Assembly: GCA_963766005.1 (NCBI GenBank)
Contig: CAVXYG010000012.1
Coordinates: forward strand, 17,172 to 81,171
Direction of reading: 5' to 3'
Source: an uncultured Actinomycetota bacterium
GTDB taxonomy: Bacteria > Actinomycetota > Actinomycetes > S36-B12 > GCA-2699445
DNA: 64,000 bases
Of this stretch, positions 1 through 7,634 are shown piece after piece. Each line of letters starts with the position of its first letter. Position 1 is the stretch's first letter. A model generated the notes under the pieces. That model was not told the origin of the DNA and ran no database searches. It worked only from the letters and a program-made list of their open reading frames with translations. Position numbers and translations under genes: made by a program.

Positions 1-837
1 CCGGAACTGGCCGCGTTCGGCAACGGGATGGCCTACGCCCGCTTCGGGGAGGGGTCCAAGACGCTGCTGTGGATCCCCGACCCCGGCCACGCCGGTCACA
101 CCGGCCCCTACCTGCGGTTCATGGCAAGGGTGGTGCAGCCCTTCGTCGACGCCGGCTACACCGTGTTCCTGGTCGGCCACAGGCCCGGGCTGCGGCCCGG
201 CTGCACGCTGGCGGACCTCGGCGACGACTATGCGGCGTTGATCGCCGAGGAGTTCGGCGGGCGGGTCGACCTGCTGGTCGGGGACTCCGGCGGCGGGATG
301 ATCGCCATGACCGTCGCCGCCCGGCACCCCGACCGCTTCGGCCACATCGCGACCGTTGCGGCCGGCCGGGTCCTCGGCGAGGAGGTGCGGGTGGCCAACG
401 TCGAGTCCGCACGACTGCTCGCCGCGGGCCGCCGCACCGACGCCGCCGAGGTGATGGTGCGGGCGATGTTCCCGCAGATCAGCATCAGCTGGGCGCGGCG
501 TGCGCTGGCGGTGGTGATCGGACGAGTCAGCTTCCCCGCCGAGGTGGACCCGGGGGACGTGGTTGCCGGCGCCGAGGCCTTGAGCGCCTTCGACGGCCGG
601 GAGCTCCTGCCGGGCATCGGCGTGCCCGTGCTGCTCGTGGGGGGTGACCGTGACGAGGATGTCCCGGCAGCGGTGTATCGGGAGACCGCAGAACTCATCC
701 CGGAGGGCACGCTGCGGATCTATGGCGGCAAGAACCACCTCGGCACGATCGGCGACCCGCGACTGGCGCACGACATCCTCGACTTCGTGGCAGGCGCGGC
801 TCCGCAACCGGCGCTCGAGGACCGGCGAGCGGAGTAG
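1..837 (+). CDS. alpha/beta hydrolase fold protein, possibly 5' partial
   Basis: ORF 28..837. The frame stays open back to base 1 (PELAAFGNG precedes the first ATG). GDSGG nucleophile-elbow motif (LLVGDSGGGMIAM). Length and layout are typical of the fold. Confidence 0.7.
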   Translation, partial: PELAAFGNGMAYARFGEGSKTLLWIPDPGHAGHTGPYLRFMARVVQPFVDAGYTVFLVGHRPGLRPGCTLADLGDDYAALIAEEFGGRVDLLVGDSGGGMIAMTVAARHPDRFGHIATVAAGRVLGEEVRVANVESARLLAAGRRTDAAEVMVRAMFPQISISWARRALAVVIGRVSFPAEVDPGDVVAGAEALSAFDGRELLPGIGVPVLLVGGDRDEDVPAAVYRETAELIPEGTLRIYGGKNHLGTIGDPRLAHDILDFVAGAAPQPALEDRRAE

Positions 838-1158
838 GCGCCGCCGCGGGACTGGGGCCGTCCGGGGTCGCGCTGGGGTCGGGCAGCAGTGCTGCGGAGT
901 GGCGCAGGGGGTTGCCCGGTCAGCCGACCGTTGGGTCTGCCCGGGCCGGGGATGCCGAAGCACCCGAGACGCGTTGCGGGCTTTCGGTGTGGCGCCTGCG
1001 CTGGGTCGGCGAAGCGCCTTGCTGGGACCTCTGGCCCTGGCGCCCCGGCCCGACCCGCGGAAGCGTCGACCGCGAGGGCGCCTGCGGCGGGGAGCCGCAG
1101 GAGATCGCGGCCGCACAGCGCGGACGGGGTGGGGACTCAGCCTGAGGGAGGCCGTCAG

Positions 1159-1599
1159 ATGACCAGTACGACACACACCCGCAGCATCCACATCGATGCA
1201 CCCGTAGAGAAGGTCTTCGACTACGTCAAGGACCCGCAGAACCAGTGGGACGCCTACGAACTGGGGGACAAGAGCACGATCGCTGAGAAGGACGTCGCCG
1301 CGGATGCGGGCCAAGGATCCACCTGGACGTGGCAGGGCCACTTCCTGTTCATCCCGATTCACGGCACCATGACCCGCGAGGCGTACGTCCCCAACCAGCG
1401 CATCGTCGACCAGTCCACCACCGGCGTGCTGTGGACCTACACCTTCGAGCCGGACGACTCGGGCACGACCCTCACCATGGAGGTCGAGGTCTCCAGCAAG
1501 GTGCCCTTCCTGGACAAGGTCGAGGACAAGCTCGCCTGGCACGGCGAAAAGGACCTCGACACCTGGCTCGGCAACTTCAAGAAGGCGATCGAGGCCTGA
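1159..1599 (+). CDS. SRPBCC (START/Bet v1-like, polyketide cyclase/AHSA1-type) family protein
   Basis: ATG 1159 lies in the frame of ORF 889..1599, preceded by GAGGGAGG at 1144-1151. 146 aa. The N-terminus IHIDAPVEKVFDYVKDP is typical of the family. The upstream part of the ORF is Arg/Pro-rich junk. Confidence 0.75.
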   Translation: MTSTTHTRSIHIDAPVEKVFDYVKDPQNQWDAYELGDKSTIAEKDVAADAGQGSTWTWQGHFLFIPIHGTMTREAYVPNQRIVDQSTTGVLWTYTFEPDDSGTTLTMEVEVSSKVPFLDKVEDKLAWHGEKDLDTWLGNFKKAIEA

Positions 1600-1727
1600 T
1601 CCCGACAACCGAGGGGTCCGGCGTTCTCGGATTCACGGGTTGGGGCGCGGGTGCGCGGTGCCGCTGCACACGTCACGCGGCGTGCCTGACGGCGGGGACC
1701 GGGGCCGCGCGAACGCGCCCAGCACGC

Positions 1728-1976
1728 TCAGGCCGGGTGGCCGCCGGATGTCGCTGCGGTCCGCCCGTAGATGGGCAGCGTATCCGCCGGAGGGCGCCGG
1801 GGGATCTCGTCGATCTGGAGCGGCTGGAGGGGTCGGCGAGCCTCGTCGCAGATCAGGATGATCAGTGCCCCGATCGAGCGCGCCTCGAGGGTCACGAACA
1901 GATCGAGCACGTTCGCGAGGTGGTCGGGGTCGGTCAGCGGGATGGTGGGCCAATGCTCGGGCGGGTCCCGGAACAC
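1728..1976 (-). CDS. hypothetical small protein; family not recognised, possibly a fragment
   Basis: GTG-initiated 82-aa ORF with strong GC3 codon bias. No confident family assignment. Confidence 0.3.
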   Translation of the reverse strand: MFRDPPEHWPTIPLTDPDHLANVLDLFVTLEARSIGALIILICDEARRPLQPLQIDEIPRRPPADTLPIYGRTAATSGGHPA

Positions 1977-2078
1977 TCATGGCGCTAGCCTCGGGCCGGT
2001 TGGCGCAGGCGGGTCGACCGCTCGCCCGGATCTGTCCGGCACACGCCGGGCCGGGAAGCCGAGAGCGGCGTTCCCCGA

Positions 2079-2210
2079 TCAGCAGGTGGCGTGGAGGACA
2101 GCGCGGACCTCGGAGGAGTCGAGGCCGGACAGCAGGCGGCAGGCTTCCCGGGTCGGGACCGCCGTGATGGTGATGCCGCGCCGCTGCGCCTCGCGCTCCA
2201 CGTCGGGCAT
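2079..2210 (-). CDS. 43-aa ORF, possibly the C-terminal remnant of a PIN-like protein
   Basis: ATG 2210 (MPDVEREAQRRGITITAVPTREACRLLSG...). GC3 bias begins at this ATG, while the upstream in-frame codons are AT3-rich. The ending resembles the tail of PIN-family toxins. Weak call. Confidence 0.2.
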   Translation of the reverse strand: MPDVEREAQRRGITITAVPTREACRLLSGLDSSEVRAVLHATC

Positions 2211-2397
2211 CACCGGCAGCGTTGCTTGCCAACACCCCCGTTCGGGGGCGGCCCCGGGCCGAAGGATCCACTCGGTCGGCGGGGCCCCACGTCGGCACCG
2301 CCCCCGGGCGGGATGCCGAAGGCAAAGAAAGACCCGGCCCACTAGAGGCCGGGTAGGTGGCCCGAGTGCACCTCAGGACGGACGAGGCCGGCCGGTG

Positions 2398-2826
2398 TCA
2401 CACCCATTTCTCGGGCCTCCGGTGGTTGCCGACGTGCTCAGGGAGGGGGTGCGCGAGCAGCTCGGCGGCGGTCAACCGGTGCCAACAGCGCCTCCCGGCG
2501 CCCTCGTCGTGCGCGCCGCGAAGGCTGATCACCCCGACTGGCACTCTCCGGCGGACGTGCGCGACGGCGAACGCCAGATCGGAATCGTTCGACACCACCA
2601 CCGCCGCGTCCACCTCGCCCTCCAGCACATCGATCAGCAGGTGGGGCGCGACGTTGACGTCCGAGCCCTTCTCCTCCTGCTTGCGGTGCTTGACCAGCAG
2701 GTGCGCCCCGTCCGCCGCCAGCGTGGTCCACTCGGCCTCGGGCAGCGAATCCTCCGTGAAATCGACCAGCACGCGCTGCCGCTGCCGCTGCCGGAGTCGC
2801 TTCCGCGGGGGAGCCGCCGCCGCCAC
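2398..2826 (-). pseudogene. 5'-truncated NYN-domain (LabA/DUF88-like RNase fold) gene
   Basis: Carries the C-terminal NYN signatures EEKGSDVNV and [10 protein letters not shown]. Only about 50 aa precede EEKGSDVN, and the usual N-terminal (V)DG(F/Y)NLYY block is absent. The in-frame upstream sequence hits a stop at 2878-2880 and is not GC3-biased. Confidence 0.55.
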
Positions 2827-2872
2827 TGCTGACGCCTTCGTGAGGTTTGTCGCCTTGTGGTATGGAACCCGC

Positions 2873-2910
2873 GATGGTCACAACCCGTCGAGATGGTCAC
2901 AACCCGTCGA
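2873..2910. repeat. perfect 19-bp tandem duplication (GATGGTCACAACCCGTCGA x2)
   Basis: Read directly: 2873-2891 is identical to 2892-2910. It lies 47-85 bp upstream of the truncated NYN ORF, at the edge of a visibly less GC-rich patch. Confidence 0.95.
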
Positions 2911-3325
2911 AGCAGTACGAAGACGCGTTGAACTCGGGGGGTCTTGTGAGACGAATCACTGCCGCACTACGCGGCGCCGTCACTGTAGTAGCCGCTCTGG
3001 CCGTTCCGACCCAGTCCGCCTTGCCAAGGGGCACCGACCGGAAGCCCGCCGAGCAGTCCACAAAGAAGCAGCCCGCCGGATGACGGGGGGAGATGCCGGG
3101 CGGGGACTGGAACAAAGTGCACCAGCGGCCGTGTTCGGCGACGCAGGCGGGCCGTTCGTTCGACTGCACCCTATGGCGACGGTTTCGCCGCGGGGTCCGG
3201 ACTCGGACGTCGGCGGCGCGCATCGCGGTCACGCTGAGTGAGATCGACCTTGAGAGACCGGATGCGTGTCCGCCCTTGGACGGGGTGAAGACCTCGCGTC
3301 GGACAGTCCATTGCGGCGATGGGGG

Positions 3326-3601
3326 TCACTGCCTCGGCGCGCCGACGGCCTGCTGCTGGTCGGCGGGCAGGGTCGAGGTGGGGGTCGGGGCAGGGGACTC
3401 GGCCGGGGCGGGCGTGGTTGAGGGCTCTGCCGTAGGGGTGCCGCCGCCGGTGGCGAGGACGATGCCGCCGGCGATGAGGGCCACGACCGCGATCCCGGCG
3501 AGGGCGGCCCACAGGCGCCGCCGGTCGCGGCCGCGGCGGGGCGGCGCCGGCGGTGCCGCGGGGCCCGGCGCCGACGGGGTCGGGGAGGCGGGGATGGTCA
3601 T
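3326..3601 (-). CDS. single-pass membrane protein with a Pro/Thr/Ala-rich ectodomain (Flp/TadE locus-associated)
   Basis: ORF 3326..3601, 91 aa. Basic N-terminus, then TM helix LWAALAGIAVVALIAGGIVLA, then a low-complexity tail. Follows the TadE-like gene after a 10-bp gap. Confidence 0.5.
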   Translation of the reverse strand: MTIPASPTPSAPGPAAPPAPPRRGRDRRRLWAALAGIAVVALIAGGIVLATGGGTPTAEPSTTPAPAESPAPTPTSTLPADQQQAVGAPRQ

Positions 3602-3611
3602 GGTCGTCCTC

Positions 3612-4022
3612 CTACCCGGCCTGCTCGATCGGGCCGATGGCGGTCTGGGTGAGCGGGATGCCGGTGCCCGGCAGCAGGGCCACGGAGCGGCCGCTGATGG
3701 TGACGGCGGCGCCGGCCGCGGTGCGGGTGGCGGTGACGGCGGGGTCGGCGAGGAACCCGGCGGCGCCGTTGCCCTGCAGGGCCGCGGCTGCCCGGGCCCG
3801 GCCCTGCGCGGCGGTGCCGTCGAGGGCCTGGGCGGCGCGCAGCCCGTCCTGGGCGGCGAGCATGGCCAGGGTGCGTGCGTGGTACCAGACGGCCGTCTGC
3901 ACGATGCCGAAGATGAGCAGCAGGACGACCGGGAACACCACCACCAGTTCGAGGGTGGCGCTGCCGGCCTGCCCCCGCTCGTGTCGGCGGGCGGGGGCGG
4001 GGGCGGTGTCGCGGCGGGGCAT
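3612..4022 (-). CDS. TadE-like (Flp pilus assembly / pseudopilin) protein
   Basis: ATG 4022 in ORF 3612..4121, 136 aa. The N-terminal block GSATLELVVVFPVVLLLIFGIVQTAVWYHA matches the TadE N-terminal domain pattern. Starts 2 bp after the upstream small ORF ends. Confidence 0.65.
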   Translation of the reverse strand: MPRRDTAPAPARRHERGQAGSATLELVVVFPVVLLLIFGIVQTAVWYHARTLAMLAAQDGLRAAQALDGTAAQGRARAAAALQGNGAAGFLADPAVTATRTAAGAAVTISGRSVALLPGTGIPLTQTAIGPIEQAG

Positions 4023-4024
4023 GG

Positions 4025-4162
4025 TCAGTTGATCTTGCCGAGGTAGTTGTCGGCGACCGCCTTCAGCCCGGCGCCGATGCCGATGGCCATCGCGAACGCG
4101 ATCGAGCCGATCACGACCCACTCGACGGTGGTGAAGTGGGGCGGCACAGCGGCCGCCTGCAT
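4025..4162 (-). CDS. Flp/DUF4244-like small hydrophobic pilin-type protein
   Basis: ATG 4162 in ORF 4025..4237, 45 aa. TTVEWVVIGSIAFAMAIGIGAG resembles the Flp (A)TA(V/I)EY plus hydrophobic core, but the canonical Gly before the cleavage site is missing. Confidence 0.4.
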   Translation of the reverse strand: MQAAAVPPHFTTVEWVVIGSIAFAMAIGIGAGLKAVADNYLGKIN

Positions 4163-4173
4163 GACAGCGGCCG

Positions 4174-5823
4174 CTACACCTCCTCCGGCTCCATCACGAT
4201 GGCGCCGGAGGGGCACTCGGCCACGCACAGCCCGCACCCCTTGCAGTAGTCGAGGTCGAAGGCGTAGTCGCGCCCGTTGTCCCCGAGAGCAGAGCCGAGA
4301 TCGAACTTGCGCACCGCGTTGTCCGGGCAGACGCCGAAGCAGTTGTCGCAGTTGAAGCAGTTGCCGCAGCTCAGGCAGCGGCGGGCCTCGAAGAGCGCCG
4401 TGTCCTCGTCGAGGCCCTGCTTCACCTCGTCGAAGCTGGACATCCGGCGAGCCATGTCCAGCCGTGGCCGCATGGTCTTGGGCGCATCGGTGTAGTACCA
4501 GGTGTTGAGCGTCTCGAGACTGGCCAGCAGCGGTCGCGGCGGATGCGCATAGGGGTCACCGCGGAGCCAGCCGTCGATGGTGCGGGCAGCCTGCTTGCCG
4601 TGCCCGACAGCGACGGTGACGGTGCGCTCGCTGGGGACCATGTCGCCCCCGGCGAAGATGCCCTCGACCCCCGTCATCATGTCGGGGCCGACCTGCACCA
4701 CCCCGTCGACCACGTCGATGCCGTCGACGTCCTCGATCAGCGATAGGTCGACGTCCTGGCCGAGGGCGAGCACCAGGGAATCGGCCTCCAGCGTCTCGAC
4801 CTCTCCGGTCGGCTGGGGGAAGCCGGTCTCATCGAGTTCCATGCGCTCGATCGTCAGGGCCCCCTCCTCCGCGGCCGTGATCGTGGACAGCCACTTGATG
4901 AGGACGCCTTCTTCGAGCGCCTCCTGCACCTCGATCTCGTGGGCGGGCATCCGGTCGCGGGTGCGGCGGTAGACCACGATCGCCTCCTCAGCGCCGAGCC
5001 GCTTGGCGGTGCGTGCGACGTCCATCGCCGTGTTGCCGCCGCCGTAGACCGCGACCTTGCGGCCCAGCAGTGGCTGCTCCTCGCCCTCCATCGAGCGTAG
5101 GACGCTCACCGCGTCGAGGATCTTCGCCGATTCGCCCGCCGGAATGTAGGCGCGCTTGCCGATGTGGGCTCCCACGGCGAGGAAGACCGCGTCGAAGCTG
5201 CCCGCCTCCTTGGCGTGCAGGACGTTGTCCACCCGGGTGTTCAGCTTCAACTGGATGCCAAGGTCGAGGATCCGCTGGATCTCGGCGTCGAGCACATCGC
5301 GCGGGAGGCGGTAGGCCGGGATGCCGAACCGCATCATGCCGCCGGGTTTGGGTCCGGCCTCCCAGATCTCGACGGTGTGCCCGAAGCGCTGCAGATGGTA
5401 GGCGGCGCAGAGTCCCGAGGGCCCGGCGCCGATGACCAGCACTCGTTTGCCGGAGGGTTCGCAAGGCGGTGCCGGAGCGGCCCAGCCCTGCTGCAGCGCG
5501 TGGTCGCCCAGGAATTGCTCCACTGAGTTGATGCCGACGGGGTGGTCGATGTGGGCGCGATTGCAGGCGGTCTGGCACGGGTGGTAGCAGACCCGGCCCA
5601 TGATCGCCGGGAACGGGTTGTCGGCCATGATCTGCCGCCATGCCTTCTCGTAGCCACCGGCCTCGGCCTCGTACAGCCAGCCCTGGATGTTCTCGCCGGC
5701 CGGGCAGGCATCGTTGCACGGGGGGAGGCTGTTGCGATACACGGGCCGTTCGGTCCGCCACGTGCCGGTCTTGTTCGCCAGGCTGGATCCGACGTTGAGC
5801 GTGATGGCGAAGGGCTGTTCCAT
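4174..5823 (-). CDS. GltD-like NAD(P)H flavoprotein fused to a 2x[4Fe-4S] ferredoxin (PorD-like) domain
   Basis: ORF 4174..5823, 549 aa. N-terminal Cys clusters (CNDACPAGE, CYHPCQTAC). Dinucleotide fold VLVIGAGPSGLCAA and GGGNTAMD. C-terminus CLSCGNCFNCDNC...CKGCGLCVAECP. Confidence 0.85.
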   Translation of the reverse strand: MEQPFAITLNVGSSLANKTGTWRTERPVYRNSLPPCNDACPAGENIQGWLYEAEAGGYEKAWRQIMADNPFPAIMGRVCYHPCQTACNRAHIDHPVGINSVEQFLGDHALQQGWAAPAPPCEPSGKRVLVIGAGPSGLCAAYHLQRFGHTVEIWEAGPKPGGMMRFGIPAYRLPRDVLDAEIQRILDLGIQLKLNTRVDNVLHAKEAGSFDAVFLAVGAHIGKRAYIPAGESAKILDAVSVLRSMEGEEQPLLGRKVAVYGGGNTAMDVARTAKRLGAEEAIVVYRRTRDRMPAHEIEVQEALEEGVLIKWLSTITAAEEGALTIERMELDETGFPQPTGEVETLEADSLVLALGQDVDLSLIEDVDGIDVVDGVVQVGPDMMTGVEGIFAGGDMVPSERTVTVAVGHGKQAARTIDGWLRGDPYAHPPRPLLASLETLNTWYYTDAPKTMRPRLDMARRMSSFDEVKQGLDEDTALFEARRCLSCGNCFNCDNCFGVCPDNAVRKFDLGSALGDNGRDYAFDLDYCKGCGLCVAECPSGAIVMEPEEV

Positions 5824-6749
5824 CAGGCTGCCCGCCTTTCTGTCAGGTCGTGGGGGAGTCCGACGCGCCAGAGGTCGGCGGCCATGATCCTTCTCAAGCG
5901 GTGCCCGGCCCCGCGCAGGGCGTCCTCGCGGCGCTTCTCGTCCAGGAGGTCGCCGCGGTCCTCGTACTTCACCGCGCCGTCGATCTCCACGATGAGGCGC
6001 CGGTCGGGCCAGTACAGGTCGGCGTAGTAGGTGCGTCCATCGGCGCCGCGGATCGGTCTCCCCACGGCAGGCTCCGGGAAGCCGACCGACAGGAACAATC
6101 CGCGCGCGTACGACTCCGGCGCGGATTCCGCAGCCGGGTTCGCCAGTGCCGCGGCGTACCGGGCGCGGTCGATGCCCCGGACGCAGCGCATCCTGGCAGA
6201 GGTCCTGAGGAGCTCCTCGCGAATGCTGGTGCGAAAGGATGCGGCGAGGGCTTGTCTGCGGGTCGGGCCGGTCAGCCGGCCGTAACTATCGACCGCCACG
6301 AGGCCTTCGGCAAGAGTGGCCCGGGCCGCGATGTCCAGTGCGGTTCGGGCAGGGGAGGTGCATCGGAGCCCCTGGATGATCGCAATGTCCGACTCGTCGA
6401 TCGTGCGCCTGAAGAAGCGGGCCCCCGGCTGCCTGCGGTGGGTCTTGGGTGTCGCCAGTTCGACGATTTGCCATCCGCTGGGCCGGGGGCACCACAGGCC
6501 GTGGATCGCGGCTGCTCCTTCGCCGACAACGATCGCATCGGGGTGTACCAGCGCAGCGGCGCGGACCTTGTCAAGGAAGTCCACTCTGCCCTCGGGGGAC
6601 ACGAGCAAGACGCCCCTGCCGATCCGCGTCAGGCGTTCGGCTGCCACGGCGTGTCGAAGGGCGTCGCGGCTGACACCGGCGGATCTGGCCTGCTGCACGG
6701 TGAACGGGCGGGTTCCGAACTCGGCGGTCAGTGTCTGCATCGTGCTCAT
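5823..6749 (-). CDS. AbiEi_4-like N-terminal domain / DUF559 (Vsr-like endonuclease fold) C-terminal domain protein
   Basis: ATG 6749 (MSTMQTLTAEFG...) within ORF 5823..7526, 308 aa. The C-terminus YYADLYWPDRRLIVEIDGAVKYE...RREDALRGAGHRLRR is typical of DUF559. Its TGA overlaps the ATG of the downstream gene (TGATG at 5825-5821). Confidence 0.75.
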   Translation of the reverse strand: MSTMQTLTAEFGTRPFTVQQARSAGVSRDALRHAVAAERLTRIGRGVLLVSPEGRVDFLDKVRAAALVHPDAIVVGEGAAAIHGLWCPRPSGWQIVELATPKTHRRQPGARFFRRTIDESDIAIIQGLRCTSPARTALDIAARATLAEGLVAVDSYGRLTGPTRRQALAASFRTSIREELLRTSARMRCVRGIDRARYAAALANPAAESAPESYARGLFLSVGFPEPAVGRPIRGADGRTYYADLYWPDRRLIVEIDGAVKYEDRGDLLDEKRREDALRGAGHRLRRIMAADLWRVGLPHDLTERRAA

Positions 6750-6848
6750 GCGAGCGATCCTGGCGCCGGGGTCACCGCCCGCGCCGCACCGTCGTTGGAG
6801 ACGTGGAAGGGCCGGCGTCCTGTGGATGTGGAGGTGTGCACCCGCTGT

Positions 6849-6928
6849 GGGGGTTTGCACCTCATCCGGGGGCGATTTGGGGGGTCTACTGCTCAGCCTT
6901 TGCACCTGGTGTGGGGGTTTGCACCTGG
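6849..6928. repeat. inverted-orientation copies of the GGTGCAAACCCCC core (left arm)
   Basis: GGGGGTTTGCACCTC at 6849-6863 is the exact reverse complement of 6973-6987. Further copies are TTTGCACCTGG at 6899-6909 and GGGGGTTTGCACCTGG at 6913-6928. Confidence 0.9.
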
Positions 6929-6960
6929 TGCGGGGGTGGAATCGCCCCAGATCCGTTCTT

Positions 6961-7525
6961 TGGCCCCCATACGAGGTGCAAACCCCCACACGGGGTGCAG
7001 ACCCGGCGTCCGGATGGGCTCTCTGGCCCCCGCACGAGGTGCATACCCCTGGAAGGGGTGCAGACCCGGCGTCCGGATGGGCTCTCTGGCCCCCGCACGA
7101 GGTGCAAACCCCCACGCGGGGTGCAGACCCGGCGTCCGGATCGGCCCTCTGGCCCCCGCCCGAGGTGCAGACCCCCGCCGGGGTGCAGACCCGGCGTCCG
7201 GATGGGCTCTCTGGCCCCCGCCCGGGGTGCGACCCCCGCCCGGGGTGCAGACCCGGCGTCCGGATCGGCCCGGAGGCCCCCGCCCGGGGTGCCGACCCCC
7301 GCCCGGGGTGCAGACTTCGTGCCGGCGGGGGCTGGCCGCTCCCCGCCCGGGGTGCAAACCCCCACGCGGGGTGCAGACCCGGCGTCCGGATCGGCCCTCT
7401 GCCCCCCGCCCGAGGTGCAAACCCCCGCCCGGGGTGCAGACTCGGCGTCCGGATGGGCCCCGAGGCCCCTGCCCGGGGTGCCGACCCCCGCCCGGGGTGC
7501 GGACCTGGCACCTGGATCCGCCGCA
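6961..7525. repeat. about 9 tandem units of a ~63-bp minisatellite, each carrying two GGTGCARACCCC cores
   Basis: Units start at 6961, 7024, 7087, 7150, 7212, 7274, 7340, 7400 and 7463, with lengths 63, 63, 63, 62, 62, 66, 60, 63 and ~63. Consensus: TGGCCCCCGCACGAGGTGCAAACCCCCACGCGGGGTGCAGACCCGGCGTCCGGATGGGCTCTC. Confidence 0.95.
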
Positions 7526-7634
7526 AGCACCCGGCGACGGCGGCAGACCCCAGCCCGGGGTGCCGGCGCGGCCGGTGGGAGCGCCCAACGGCCCCCGCGC
7601 GCCACAGCTCGAACCCTCCAGCCGGCCGGGCCGC

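Noticed and set aside
2897-3232. 111-aa minus-strand ORF, a possible fourth gene of the Flp/TadE cluster or the lost N-terminus of the NYN gene.
   Set aside because: It has no TM segment or pilin-like motif, no NYN N-terminal (DGxNLYY) block in any frame, and mixed codon bias. It also overlaps an equally weak plus-strand signal-peptide-like ORF (2946..3083). Neither can be supported.
6849-7525. Considered whether the repeat array is a CRISPR array.
   Set aside because: The units are contiguous, with no unique spacers between them. The period is about 63 bp of repeat only, units diverge by indels, and no cas genes are nearby.
5823-7526. 567-aa ORF giving the DUF559 protein a 259-aa N-terminal extension of 21-aa repeats (PGRGSAPRAGASGPIRTPGLH...).
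   Set aside because: Unit-length differences (62, 62, 66, 60 bp) shift the frame between units, so the peptide repeat is not conserved. The same DNA is open in five other ORF-track frames. A good internal ATG at 6749 begins the recognisable AbiEi-like domain.
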